DNA of 63,083 bases, counting the filler. It is 3 parts of 3 records of this genome, joined end to end, with 100 filler letters (N's around TTAATTAATTAA, not from the genome) between each part and the next. Parts side by side here need not be neighbours in the genome. Positions count along the whole stretch, not along the records: positions 31,632 to 53,833 come from DRR723986_14740; 2 more parts are not named here. One strand, 5' to 3'. Position numbers and translations under genes: made by a program. The notes beneath the pieces were generated by a model. The model ran no database searches, was not told the DNA's origin, and was given only the letters and a program-made list of their open reading frames with translations. Below, piece by piece: positions 36,431 to 47,400 of the stretch. Each line of letters starts with the position of its first letter. Position 1 is the stretch's first letter.

Positions 36431-37990
36431 ATGACTTTGGCGCCTGCCATAGAAACCAGAGATCTTTGCAAACGATTTGGTGATGTGAAAGCCAATGACA
36501 ATGTGTCTCTTATGGTGGAACAGGGCTCAATTCATGGCATTGTCGGTGAAAACGGCGCGGGTAAATCCACCCTTTTGAAAATGCTGTTTGGCTTTTACCA
36601 GCCCAATAGTGGTGATTTGATTGTAAACGGCGAACATATAGCTTTTGCCAGTCCATCAGATGCTATGGCCGCAGGTATTGCGATGGTGCACCAGCATTTT
36701 ATGTTGGTGGAACCCTTTACCGTTTTGGAAAACATAATTCTTGGCGCTGAAGGCCAAGGGTTGTTGAAGCACGCTTTTGTGGATGCAAAAGCAAAGCTTA
36801 TGGGGCTTGAGCAACAATTTGGTTTTGACCTGCCATTAGATGAAGCGGTTGAACATTTGTCCGTTGGTCAGCGCCAGCGTGTTGAAATTTTGAAGGCGCT
36901 TTACCGGGGTGCAGACACACTTATTTTGGATGAACCAACCGCCGTTTTAACCCCGCAGGAGTGTGATCAGCTTTTTGAACTGGTCAAATTACTTAAAAGC
37001 CGCGGGAAAACCATTCTCTTTGTCACGCATAAATTGCATGAAATTATGGCGGTGACCGACGCTGTCACCGTGATAAGAGGCGGTAAAGTAATTCTGCGCA
37101 CGGATACTTTGGCCACCTCGCCGGATGCACTTGCGGAAGCGATGGTTGGCGCAAAAATTAGCCGTGCGGTTTCGCGCGTTAAAGCCAGCTTGGGTAAACC
37201 GCGAATTCGCTTGCAGAATGTATCTGCAATGTCTGATCGAGGGCATTGCGCACTGGATGATGTTTCTTTTGATTTGTTTGACGGTGAAGTGCTCGGCGTT
37301 GCCGGTGTGGCTGGCAACGGGCAAACGGAACTCCTTGAAATTCTAACCGGCCTTCGCCGTGTTTCATCGGGCTCGGTTAGTTTGTCTGGCTCTGCTATCA
37401 ATTCAGCTGATGCTTTTGTTGATGCCATTGCCTTGCGGCAGGCGGGTGTTGGGCATATTGCCGAAGATCGTTTGAAGTCAGGTGTTGTGGCGTCAATGTC
37501 CGCGCGGGAAAATGCAATTCTCGGATATCAGCGAGAGGCGGACTTTGCCCGCAACGGGTTGATGCGGTTAGGCGCGATTAAAGACGCTGCGAATGATTAT
37601 TTTGAAAGCCAAGATGTGCGGCCGCGTAATCCGGAATTATCAGTTGCGTCTTTTTCTGGGGGTAACCAGCAAAAGCTGGTGATTGCCCGTGAAATTGCCC
37701 GTGACCCGCAAACACTTATTATTGGTCAGCCGACACGCGGCGTTGACATTGGTGCGGTCACCAAAATTCATGATCAAATCACAGCGCTCAGGAATGCGGG
37801 CAAAGCCTTATTGGTTGTCTCAGCAGATTTGGACGAGCTTTTGGTGATTAGTGATCGTATTGCAGTTTTGTGCGATGGCAGGCTGGTTGGCATCATTCCA
37901 ATTGCTGATGCAGACGAGCGCACGATTGGTTTGATGATGGCTGGCACGGTGACTGGCTCTATTGTTGATAACGCGGTGCAAAATCCATGA
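36431..37990 (+). CDS. Nucleoside ABC transporter ATP-binding protein (two ABC domains)
   Basis: GENGAGKST, MVHQHF, LILDEPT, SGGNQQK and QPTRGVD motifs. Confidence 0.95.
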   Translation: MTLAPAIETRDLCKRFGDVKANDNVSLMVEQGSIHGIVGENGAGKSTLLKMLFGFYQPNSGDLIVNGEHIAFASPSDAMAAGIAMVHQHFMLVEPFTVLENIILGAEGQGLLKHAFVDAKAKLMGLEQQFGFDLPLDEAVEHLSVGQRQRVEILKALYRGADTLILDEPTAVLTPQECDQLFELVKLLKSRGKTILFVTHKLHEIMAVTDAVTVIRGGKVILRTDTLATSPDALAEAMVGAKISRAVSRVKASLGKPRIRLQNVSAMSDRGHCALDDVSFDLFDGEVLGVAGVAGNGQTELLEILTGLRRVSSGSVSLSGSAINSADAFVDAIALRQAGVGHIAEDRLKSGVVASMSARENAILGYQREADFARNGLMRLGAIKDAANDYFESQDVRPRNPELSVASFSGGNQQKLVIAREIARDPQTLIIGQPTRGVDIGAVTKIHDQITALRNAGKALLVVSADLDELLVISDRIAVLCDGRLVGIIPIADADERTIGLMMAGTVTGSIVDNAVQNP

Positions 37991-39108
37991 GCGGTTCGGC
38001 GACAAAATTACCCGGCATGCTAGAATCGGTTTTAATGCCGTTACTAAACATTTTGGTGGCGCTGTTAGCCTCCGGCCTGGTGGTGTTAGCACTCGGAGAA
38101 GACCCGGTCGTGGTGATGGGCTTGCTGATTGAAGGGGCATTCGGCTATGAGGAAGCCATCGGCTATACCTTTTATTATGCAACCAACTTCATTTTTACCG
38201 GTCTTGCGGTCTCAGTAGCATTTCACGCGGGGCATTTTAATATTGGCGGCGAGGGACAAGCCATGCTTGGCGGGCTTGGCCTTGCGCTTGCGGTTTTCTG
38301 GCTTGGGGATAGCTCGTCGATTTTATCAGCTTTACTGGCCATTTTTGGTGCGGCGCTGTTCGGAGCAGGCTGGGCGTTTATTCCGGCGTGGTTGCAAGCT
38401 TACCGTGGCAGTCACATTGTTATAACCACGATCATGTTCAACTTTATTGCCTCGGCATTGCTGGCCTACCTTTTAGTAGGGCCGATGCAGCGTCCGGGCG
38501 GGCAAATGCCAGAAAGTAGTGATTTTCCGGAAGGCAGCGCTTTATTGCAATTTCACGAAATGATGCATGCAGTGGGCATTGAGTTTGAACAATCGCCGCT
38601 CAATTTATCGTTTGTTATTGCCTTGGTCGCGGCTTTTGGCGTTTGGTTTTTACTGGCGCGAACCCGGTTTGGTTATGAAATGCGGGTTACGGGCCAAAAT
38701 TCAGATGCCGCTAAATTTGCGGGTATTTCTGTGCCGCGTGTAACCGTGATTGCACTGATGATGTCTGGTGCGCTTGCGGGGATGATGGGGCTTAATGAGT
38801 TGCTCGGCGAACAACTTCGTCTCATAGGCAACTTCACGCTCGGTTATGGCTTCGTTGGGATTGCGGTCGCATTTATGGGACGTAACCATCCTGTTGGTAT
38901 TGTGCTGGCGGCAATTTTGTTCGGCGCGGTTTATCAGGGTGGTGCCGAGATCGGTTTTGAAATTCCCAAAATTACCCGCGATATGAGCGTGGTTATTCAA
39001 GGTTTGGTTATTCTTTTTGCTGGGGCAATGCCGCATTTATTTCGGCGGCCGATTAGCGCTCTCTATGCTCGTTTTTCACCTCGTTCCTCTAATGAGGGAG
39101 AGGCGTGA
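37987..39108 (+). CDS. Nucleoside ABC transporter permease
   Basis: FNIGGEGQ, HIVITTIMFN and GFVGIAVAFMGRNHP motifs. Confidence 0.93.
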   Translation: MSGSATKLPGMLESVLMPLLNILVALLASGLVVLALGEDPVVVMGLLIEGAFGYEEAIGYTFYYATNFIFTGLAVSVAFHAGHFNIGGEGQAMLGGLGLALAVFWLGDSSSILSALLAIFGAALFGAGWAFIPAWLQAYRGSHIVITTIMFNFIASALLAYLLVGPMQRPGGQMPESSDFPEGSALLQFHEMMHAVGIEFEQSPLNLSFVIALVAAFGVWFLLARTRFGYEMRVTGQNSDAAKFAGISVPRVTVIALMMSGALAGMMGLNELLGEQLRLIGNFTLGYGFVGIAVAFMGRNHPVGIVLAAILFGAVYQGGAEIGFEIPKITRDMSVVIQGLVILFAGAMPHLFRRPISALYARFSPRSSNEGEA

Positions 39109-40079
39109 TGGAATTTCTCACAGATATTCTTCTGCTATCGGATTCAACCCTGCGCATTGCGGCGCCGTTAATTCTTGCGGCGCTCGCTGGGTTGTGCGCT
39201 GAGCGCGCGGGTATTGTCGATATTGGCCTCGAAGGCAAAATGCTTGCGGCAGCGTTCGGTGCCGCAAGTGCTGCAGCCGTTACAGGGTCGCCCTGGGCAG
39301 GTTTGTTTGCAGGCATATTGGTTTCTGTATTGCTTGCGCTATTACATGGCTACGTTTCCATTCATCAACGCGGCAACCAGATTGTTTCAGGTATGGCGAT
39401 CAACATTATGGTGGCTGGCCTTGCGCCAACGCTGGCAAATGCCTGGTTTTCGCTGGGGGGACAAACGCCGCTGTTAGATAACGACGCACGGTTTACCGCG
39501 ATTGACCTACCATTTGCTGCTGCGGTGGAAAATGTGCCGCTGATTGGTGCGCTATACAGCGACTTGTTATCAGGTCACTCGTTTTTGACATATTTGGCTT
39601 TTGCAATGGTGCCGCTAGTGACGTGGATTCTCTATAAAACCCGTTTTGGGCTTCGCCTGCGTGCGGTTGGCGAAAACCCTGAAGCAGTAGATACTGCAGG
39701 CATTTCTGTTACATTACTACGATATCAGGCGATGATTATTGCGGGTATATTATGCGGCATGTCAGGCAGTTCGCTCTCCACAGCATTGGGTGCGGGGTTC
39801 ATCCGGGATATGTCGGCGGGTAAGGGCTTTCTTGCCTTAGCGGCAATGATATTTGGCCGTTGGAAACCTGTGCCTACATTACTTGCTTGTATACTATTTG
39901 CTTTCGTTGATGCATTGCAGGGCCGTTTGCAGGGGGTTAGTCTGCCGCTCATCGGCGAAATTCCTGTGCAATTTACTATCATGCTGCCGTATGTCATTAC
40001 CGTGGTTATTTTGGCGGGGTTCGCTGGTAAGATGGCCGCACCAAAAGCCAGCGGCATACCTTACGAAAAGGACCGATGA
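39105..40079 (+). CDS. Nucleoside ABC transporter permease
   Basis: ERAGIVDIGLEG, GLRLRAVGENP and GKGFLALAAMIFGRW motifs. Confidence 0.93.
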   Translation: MMEFLTDILLLSDSTLRIAAPLILAALAGLCAERAGIVDIGLEGKMLAAAFGAASAAAVTGSPWAGLFAGILVSVLLALLHGYVSIHQRGNQIVSGMAINIMVAGLAPTLANAWFSLGGQTPLLDNDARFTAIDLPFAAAVENVPLIGALYSDLLSGHSFLTYLAFAMVPLVTWILYKTRFGLRLRAVGENPEAVDTAGISVTLLRYQAMIIAGILCGMSGSSLSTALGAGFIRDMSAGKGFLALAAMIFGRWKPVPTLLACILFAFVDALQGRLQGVSLPLIGEIPVQFTIMLPYVITVVILAGFAGKMAAPKASGIPYEKDR

Positions 40080-40089
40080 GGTGACTATT

Positions 40090-40518
40090 ATGGATGATGT
40101 TACCATGGAAAAGCTTATTAGTGCGGCGGTTAATGCTCGTAAGCAGTCTTATTCGCCCTATTCAGGCTATGCCGTTGGTGCAGCAGTTTTGAGTGCCGAT
40201 GGGTCGATATATGCTGGTTGTAATGTGGAAAATGCTGCATACCCGCTAGGGTTTTGTGCTGAAGCGAATGCGATTGGTACTATGATTGTCGCTGGAGGAA
40301 GACAGATTGATCATATAGTCGTCAGTGGTCCCATGGGCGATGTTTGCACCCCCTGCGGTGGGTGCCGCCAACAAATACGTGAGTTTGCCAGCTCTCATAG
40401 TACACCAGTAACAGTTTGTGATGCAGGCGGTGCCATAGTAATGGAAACAAACATTGGTGCTTTACTGCCCCATTCTTTTGGCCCGAACAATTTAGACAGT
40501 GCTAAAAAAGCAAAGTAG
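40090..40518 (+). CDS. cdd: Cytidine deaminase
   Basis: YSPYS, GCNVENAAY, CAEANAI and PCGGCRQ zinc motifs. Confidence 0.95.
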   Translation: MDDVTMEKLISAAVNARKQSYSPYSGYAVGAAVLSADGSIYAGCNVENAAYPLGFCAEANAIGTMIVAGGRQIDHIVVSGPMGDVCTPCGGCRQQIREFASSHSTPVTVCDAGGAIVMETNIGALLPHSFGPNNLDSAKKAK

Positions 40519-40529
40519 AAAAAGATTTT

Positions 40530-41870
40530 ATGACAACAACCTTGATACCCCAGGAAATTATTCGCCGAAAACGCGATGGTGAACACCTGAGCGAGGATGA
40601 AATTAGCCGTTTCGTTGAAGGCATAACCGATGGACGCGTTGCTGACAGCCAGATATCTGCGCTCGCGATGGCAATATTCTTTAATGGTATGAACCCCGAA
40701 GAAGGCGCAGCTCTAACCCTTGCTATGCGCGACTCTGGAGACGTTATTGATTGGGTTAAATTAGGTTTTGATGCCGGGGCACCGATTGTTGATAAACACT
40801 CAACCGGCGGTGTCGGCGACAAAGTGAGTTTAATGCTGGCACCTATTGTTGCGGCATGTGGCGGTTTGGTGCCAATGATTTCCGGGCGCGGTTTAGGGCA
40901 CTCTGGCGGCACACTTGATAAATTTGAGTCTATCCCCGGTTATGACCCTTACCCGAGTATCGACAGGTTTGCAGAAATCGTCAAAACAGTAGGATGTTCT
41001 ATTATTGGCCAAACCGGAGAGCTTGCCCCTGCGGACAAACGCTTTTATGCGGTGCGCGATGTAACCGCTACGGTGGAGAGTGTTCCACTCATTACTGCTT
41101 CTATTTTATCAAAAAAGCTTTCGGCAGGCCTGAATTCGCTGGTTATGGACGTTAAGTTTGGTACAGGTGCGTTTATGGATACGCACGCCAAGGCGAAGCA
41201 ATTGGCGCAGAATATCGTTCGGGTGGCAAACGCCGCTGGAACACCAACAACGGCCTTGTTAACGGATATGAACCAAGTGCTTGGCCGCACGGCTGGCAAC
41301 GCTGTGGAGGTTGTTGAAACCATAGAGTTTTTAACCAACCCTAGTGATGCTGATGAGCGTTTGCTTGATGTTACCATTGCGCTGGCTGCGTACATGCTTG
41401 TGCTGTCGGGCATTTCGAAAACGGTGGAACAAGGAACAGCAAAAGCAAAAGCTGCTCTTGAAGACGGTTCAGCTGCCGAAGTGTTTGAAAAAATGGTTGC
41501 CGCGCAGGGTGGTGGGGCTGATATTCTCTCGACATACCAAAGTAAAATTGCGGTGGCGCCTGTGGAATTCTCGGTGGCATGCCCTCAAGATGGTTACGTG
41601 AGCGCGATGGATACACGCGCCATTGGTATGGCGGTTGTGGCATTGGGCGGTGGGCGAACTGACCCGACGGCTAAAATTGATCATGCTGTTGGCTTAACCC
41701 ACATTTGTCAGATTGGCGATGCGGTGTCCGCTGGTGCGCCGATCGCGCGTGTTCGAGCCCACGACGAGGCAAGCGCGGAAATTGCTGCTGCTGCAGTTAA
41801 AAATGCAATCACAATTGGTGAAAAAATGCCTGATCTATCGCCAGTTGTTTCTGAGATTATTGAGGTCTAA
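40530..41870 (+). CDS. deoA: Thymidine phosphorylase
   Basis: [32 protein letters not shown] and [10 protein letters not shown] motifs. Confidence 0.95.
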   Translation: MTTTLIPQEIIRRKRDGEHLSEDEISRFVEGITDGRVADSQISALAMAIFFNGMNPEEGAALTLAMRDSGDVIDWVKLGFDAGAPIVDKHSTGGVGDKVSLMLAPIVAACGGLVPMISGRGLGHSGGTLDKFESIPGYDPYPSIDRFAEIVKTVGCSIIGQTGELAPADKRFYAVRDVTATVESVPLITASILSKKLSAGLNSLVMDVKFGTGAFMDTHAKAKQLAQNIVRVANAAGTPTTALLTDMNQVLGRTAGNAVEVVETIEFLTNPSDADERLLDVTIALAAYMLVLSGISKTVEQGTAKAKAALEDGSAAEVFEKMVAAQGGGADILSTYQSKIAVAPVEFSVACPQDGYVSAMDTRAIGMAVVALGGGRTDPTAKIDHAVGLTHICQIGDAVSAGAPIARVRAHDEASAEIAAAAVKNAITIGEKMPDLSPVVSEIIEV

Positions 41871-41872
41871 CA

Positions 41873-43087
41873 ATGGCAAGAGCATTTATAATGGTTCTGG
41901 ACAGTTTTGGCATCGGTGCAGCACCGGACGCAGAGAAATTCGGTGATGTCGGTGCCGACACATTTGGGCATATTGCTGAATGGTGCGCGGCTGGTGGCAC
42001 TGGGGATGATAGGCCGCAAGCAGGCCCCCTCAATATTCCCAATATGGTTGCTTTGGGCCTTGGAAAGGCAGCAGAGCTAGCGACGGGAAAGGTGCACCCG
42101 GGCGCGGAATTTGCGGGAGAGGCTTCTGGTTTTTATGCCGCGTGTGCTGAATTGTCTTTTGGCAAGGACACGCCCTCAGGACACTGGGAAATGGCGGGGC
42201 TACCTGTTGAATTTGACTGGGGTTATTTCCCGCCAGAATTTCCAAGTTTTCCCGACAAATTAATAGCGGATTTAATTGAAAGAACTGGTATTCCCGGCGT
42301 GTTAGGCAATAAAGCAGCGTCTGGCACAGTTATCCTCGATGAGCTGGGCGATGAGCATGTAGCAACGGGCAAGCCGATTGTTTACACATCATCAGACAGC
42401 GTGTTTCAGGTAGCTGCTCACGAAGAACATTTTGGCTTAGAGCGCCTGTATGAAGTGTGTGCGGTAGCGCGGGAATTGGTCGACGAATATGAAATTGGCC
42501 GGGTGATCGCACGGCCATTTCTGGGCGAAAACGGTGACTATGCACGCACAGGAAACCGCCGCGACCTAGCAACCCCGCCTCACGGCGATACGTTGCTTGA
42601 TGTTATGGAAGCCGCGGGTAGGGAAGTGATATCGGTGGGTAAAATTGCCGATATCTTCGCTCATCGTGGGTTGACTAAAAAAGTGAAGGCAACCGGTTTG
42701 GAGGGGCTTTTTGATCTCAGCCTAGAATGCCAAAAAACCGCGCTTGACGGCTCGCTTACTTTCATAAATTTTGTCGATTTCGATCAGAACTTTGGACATC
42801 GCCGCAATGTGGCTGGCTATGCTAATGCGTTAGAGTATTTTGACAAACGGTTGCCAGAATTTTTGCAAAATATGCAACCGGATGACCTTGTGATTTTAAC
42901 GGCGGACCATGGGTGTGACCCCACATGGCCCGGTTCGGATCATACGCGGGAGTTCATTCCGTTTATTGCATATGGCCCCAGCTTTAAGACAGGCAGTGGT
43001 GGGCTGCGAGCTAGCTTTGCCGATATCGGCCAAACTATTGCCAAGCATGTTGGCGTGCCGACATTGGCAAACGGAATAAGCGCATAG
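41873..43087 (+). CDS. deoB: Phosphopentomutase
   Basis: [29 protein letters not shown] and TADHGCDPT motifs. Confidence 0.96.
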   Translation: MARAFIMVLDSFGIGAAPDAEKFGDVGADTFGHIAEWCAAGGTGDDRPQAGPLNIPNMVALGLGKAAELATGKVHPGAEFAGEASGFYAACAELSFGKDTPSGHWEMAGLPVEFDWGYFPPEFPSFPDKLIADLIERTGIPGVLGNKAASGTVILDELGDEHVATGKPIVYTSSDSVFQVAAHEEHFGLERLYEVCAVARELVDEYEIGRVIARPFLGENGDYARTGNRRDLATPPHGDTLLDVMEAAGREVISVGKIADIFAHRGLTKKVKATGLEGLFDLSLECQKTALDGSLTFINFVDFDQNFGHRRNVAGYANALEYFDKRLPEFLQNMQPDDLVILTADHGCDPTWPGSDHTREFIPFIAYGPSFKTGSGGLRASFADIGQTIAKHVGVPTLANGISA

Positions 43088-43143
43088 TGGCCAGTGCATA
43101 ACAAGGTTAGAAAGTAATAGAAGTATAACACGGGGAGTGGACA

Positions 43144-43938
43144 ATGCGTTTTCTTACAGTTTTGATTGTGATGCTGGGGCTTATAGCACCATCTGTGTCG
43201 GCTTATGGCCCAACCGGGCACCGCGTTGTGGCAGAGTTGGCGTATAACCATTTGACGCCGGAAGCTCGTAGAGCTGTTGAAGCCATTCTCGGAGACGAAT
43301 TTATGGCCGAGGCGGCAACCATGCCAGATGAAATGCGTTCAAACCCCGATGATTTCTGGAAATTAGAAGCAAGCGTATATCACTATATTAACGTGCCTCG
43401 GGGCCAAACGTATGAAGAAAGCGAGAAGAACCCAGCAGGCGATGCGCTGACGGCGCTTGCAAAATTTACCGATGTTTTAAAAAGTCCGTCATCATCGGCT
43501 GATGAAAAACGCCGGGCAATTTGGTTTGTTGTGCATATTATCGGAGACCTGCATCAGCCTATGCATGTGGGCTATCCAGAAGACCGGGGCGGCAATCGGG
43601 TTGAGCTTGTCTTCATGGAAGAGTTAACCAATTTGCACAGGCTTTGGGATGAACACCTGATTGATCACCGCGACCTTTCATTCACCGAATGGACGCGTTT
43701 TCTTGACCGCAAGATTAAACCAGAAATGGTTACGGAATGGCAAAAAGCCCAGCCTATAGATTGGGTACATGAAGGGCTGGCCATGCGTGATGATATATAC
43801 GCCAATAGTCACGGCATACTGTCTTGGGATTATGTGTACAAATACATGCCCACTATTAAGTCACAACTGTCCAAGGGCGGCATTCGGCTTGCGGGCTATT
43901 TAAACACTGTGTTTGCCGGAAGTGTTGCGCCTGAATAA
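43144..43938 (+). CDS. Secreted S1/P1-family nuclease
   Basis: Signal peptide, then YGPTGH, HYIN, HIIGDLHQPMH, DRGGN and NLHRLWD zinc ligands. Confidence 0.93.
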   Translation: MRFLTVLIVMLGLIAPSVSAYGPTGHRVVAELAYNHLTPEARRAVEAILGDEFMAEAATMPDEMRSNPDDFWKLEASVYHYINVPRGQTYEESEKNPAGDALTALAKFTDVLKSPSSSADEKRRAIWFVVHIIGDLHQPMHVGYPEDRGGNRVELVFMEELTNLHRLWDEHLIDHRDLSFTEWTRFLDRKIKPEMVTEWQKAQPIDWVHEGLAMRDDIYANSHGILSWDYVYKYMPTIKSQLSKGGIRLAGYLNTVFAGSVAPE

Positions 43939-44202
43939 ACACTACCAACTGCCTAGGTTGGTTCACGGAATATACACGTCGGCTGGTCGTTAATTAGCCG
44001 ATTCGGGGTAATTGGGGCGAATCAGCTTAGGATCAAGGATAGCGAAGTTAATTTTACTACTCTTGATATCTTTTTAATCAATTAGCAGGCCGCAATGAGG
44101 CTTGATTTCGAAAGCAGTGTCGCTCAAAGGACGATAAATGTCGCTTTTTAGCAACAGGTTTGCGTTATCTGCCAGATGACACACAACATCTAGTACCGAT
44201 TC

Positions 44203-44218
44203 TTGACAGTTTCGTCAA
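44203..44218. promoter_or_regulatory. RutR-type operator upstream of the TonB-dependent receptor
   Basis: TTGACAGTTTCGTCAA (TTGAC-N6-GTCAA). Confidence 0.65.
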
Positions 44219-44284
44219 AAAACTGAAAAGAATGCCTGATACAAGATGCCGCAAGTCAGCGTTGATGCGGCTTCTCAGCGGGTC

Positions 44285-44300
44285 TTGACCTTTAGGTCAG
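44285..44300. promoter_or_regulatory. Second RutR-type operator upstream of the receptor
   Basis: TTGACCTTTAGGTCAG, followed by an extra half-site TTTGGTCAG. Confidence 0.65.
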
Positions 44301-44422
44301 GATTTGGTCAGTTAAACGCTGGGTTAAGTGTGAAACTTGTTTTGAACCTCGGTACAGAGGGCAATTAGGGGCAGTCGGTAAGACCTGTGGTCTGGCTGCA
44401 CCATTTTAACGGAGCTAAGGGA

Positions 44423-47400
44423 ATGAATCGCCTATTTAAGACTACTTTGTGTAGTGGTGTGGCGTTGGCTGCTATGGCAGCCTCGGTGCCAGCCATTTCA
44501 CAAGAAATTACGTCGACCATTCGTGGTACAGTAACAACACCAGCCGGTAATCCTGCTGCGGGTTATGCTGTCGTTGTGGTTGATACGCGTACTGGTGCAC
44601 GTCAAGAGACGACTACGAATGCCAATGGTAACTTCAGCGTTCGCTCGCTGACAGTTGGTGGCCCATACACAATTCGTGTTACTGGCGGCCAGTATGAAGA
44701 TATTCTTGTAACCGGCGTTAATACTTCGCTTGGTAATACTTCAAACTTTAATCTTGCTCTTTCTGCTGCTCAATCAGGCATCGAAGAGATTGTTGTTGTG
44801 GCTTCTGCTGCATCAGTAACCAATCTCGCAATCGGCCCTGGTACAGCATTTAACCTGACTGAAATTGAATCAGTACCATCTGTTAGCCGACAAATTCGTG
44901 ACGTTATCCGGATTGACCCACGTGTTAACATTGGCCGTGGTTCTGGTGGACAAGGTTTTGGTATCTCATGTCTTGGTGGCAGCAACCGTGTGAACTCGTT
45001 CACTATTGACGGTATTCGTGCTGCTGACCCATTTGGTTTGAACGCTTCTGGTAACCTGTCGCGTAACACATTCCCAATTCCGTTTGACACCGTAGCAGCA
45101 ACATCTGTTGAGTTCTCTCCGATTGACGTTGAATATGGCCAGTTTACTGGTTGTAACATCAACGTTGTTACCAAGTCTGGTACAAACGAATTCACTGGTT
45201 CTGCATTCATGCTTTACACAGGTGACCAGTTCACCGGTGAAGACATTGAAGGTCAAAACCCTGTAACAGCTGACTTCAACAACTATAACTGGGGTGCTGA
45301 ACTTGGCGGCCCAATTATTGAAGACACACTGTTCTTCTACGGCTCGTACGAAGAAACCAGCACTGGCGCTGTTCAAGACGAAGGCCCAATTGGTGGTGGC
45401 TTCCTGAACGAGAGCGGCGTTACTGTTGCTGAAGCTGAGCGTATCCGTAATATTCTTACAACAAGCTACGGCCGTGACCCGGGCGATATTGTTAGAACTC
45501 TTCCTCAAACAAGCCGTCGTTTCTTCGGTCGTATTGACTGGCAGATCAACGATCAGCATCGCTTTGAGGCTTCCTATGGTCGTCTTGAAGAAAACCAGCT
45601 TCTGGGTGACGATATTTCTGGTGGTCGTGGTGAATTTACTTTCCGCGATAACTTCCAGGACCGTGGTTCTGTTTCAGATACTTACTCTTTCCGTTTGTTC
45701 TCTAACTGGACAGACAATTTCTCCACGGAAGTTCGTGCATCACGCAACTCTATTGCTGATATCCAAAGCCCAACTTTGGGTGGTGAGGCGCAAGATGCCA
45801 ACCCGGTTCCACGTATTGCTATTGGCCCGTTCGGTAACGAATTCTTTGGTCAGGACTTTGCATCTGGCCCTGGCGTATTCCGTAGTGCGAACCAGCTTGA
45901 TACACAAATCGACCAGATTAAAATCAAGGCCGATTATGTAACAGGTGACCACACGGTTACTTTCGGTTACGAGCTTGATAGCCTTGACGTATTCAACTTG
46001 TTCATCATCAACGCGACAGGCACCATCCTGTTTGATGATATTGATGCCCTTGAAGCGGGTACAGCACGGCAAATTCGGGCAAATGGTTCCTTCACTGGTG
46101 ATCCAACTGATGCAGCGGCTGAATTCTCTCGCAACATTCACACACTTTATATTCAGGATGAATGGCAAGTAACAGACACCTTCAACCTTGTTGGTGGTTT
46201 GCGGTATGATTTCTACGATTCAAGTGATCAGCCTAATGCGAACCCTGTGTTCCAAAACCGCTTCGGTTTCTCTAACCAACAAGCCTTTGATGGTTTGAGT
46301 GTATTCCAGCCACGTATTGGCTTTACTTGGGAACTTCCTGAAAACTTTGGCGCGACGACGTTAACTGGTGGATTTGCCCGTTTCTCTGGCGGTGATCCAA
46401 CAGTTTGGTTTGCGAATTCGTTCCAGAACTTCGGTGGTGCTATTGGTTTCGGTGACGCACCGGGTGGAATATGTACAGATGCTGACTTGCAGGTTCTGCA
46501 AGGCGGTGGCTTTACAGGTATTCCAGCTTGTGTATTTGCAGAAGCTCAGGCTCAAGCACAAGGCAACTTTGGTGATGTTGCTGCAACAGACCCAGACTTC
46601 AAGCCGCCAAGCCAAGATCGTTTCAGCTTGGGTATTTCACACTACACTGCTGACACTGGCATCGATTTCTTCGATGACTGGCAAGTGAACTTGGACTTTA
46701 TCTACGGCAAAAACAGAAACGCTGTTGATTTCGTTGATCTCAGCATTGCACAAACTGGTGCCACTGCGCCGGACGGACGTCCACTTTACGCTGCCATCGA
46801 CCCGACCTTGGCTGGTTGTAGCGCAACATTGAATGATGATAAGCGTGGATACTCTGGTGTGAGTGCTGATTGTTTCACTGGTGGATTTGGTCAGAATATT
46901 TTGCTTACCAATGCAGCTGATGGCCGCAACGGTGACAACTATTCATTCTCTGCACAGTTTGGCAAAACGTTTGACTTCTCTGACACGGCTTCTTTGAACT
47001 TCCGCGCTGGTTATGCCTTCGCTGATGCTAATGTTGGTAACGCGGGCGGTAGCTCAACAGCTGGTTCAAACTTTGAAGAAGTAACAACATCAGACTTCAA
47101 TAATGTTTCTGTTGCGAATTCACGCTTCACGAACAAGCACAACATTGTTGTTTCTGCGACCTTCAAGGAAGACTTCTTCGACGATTTGACTACAACACTT
47201 GGTGTGTTCTTCCGGGCTCGCTCTGGTCGTCCACTCTCGTTCGTGTTTGATGAAGATACGTCTGAGGATACATTCGGTAGTTCCGATGATGAAGCGAACA
47301 GCTTGCTTTACATCCCAACAGGTCCAACCGATCCGTTGGTTGACTTCTCAAACATCGATACAACTGCTTTCTTCAACTTCATTGAAGAAAACAACTTGTC

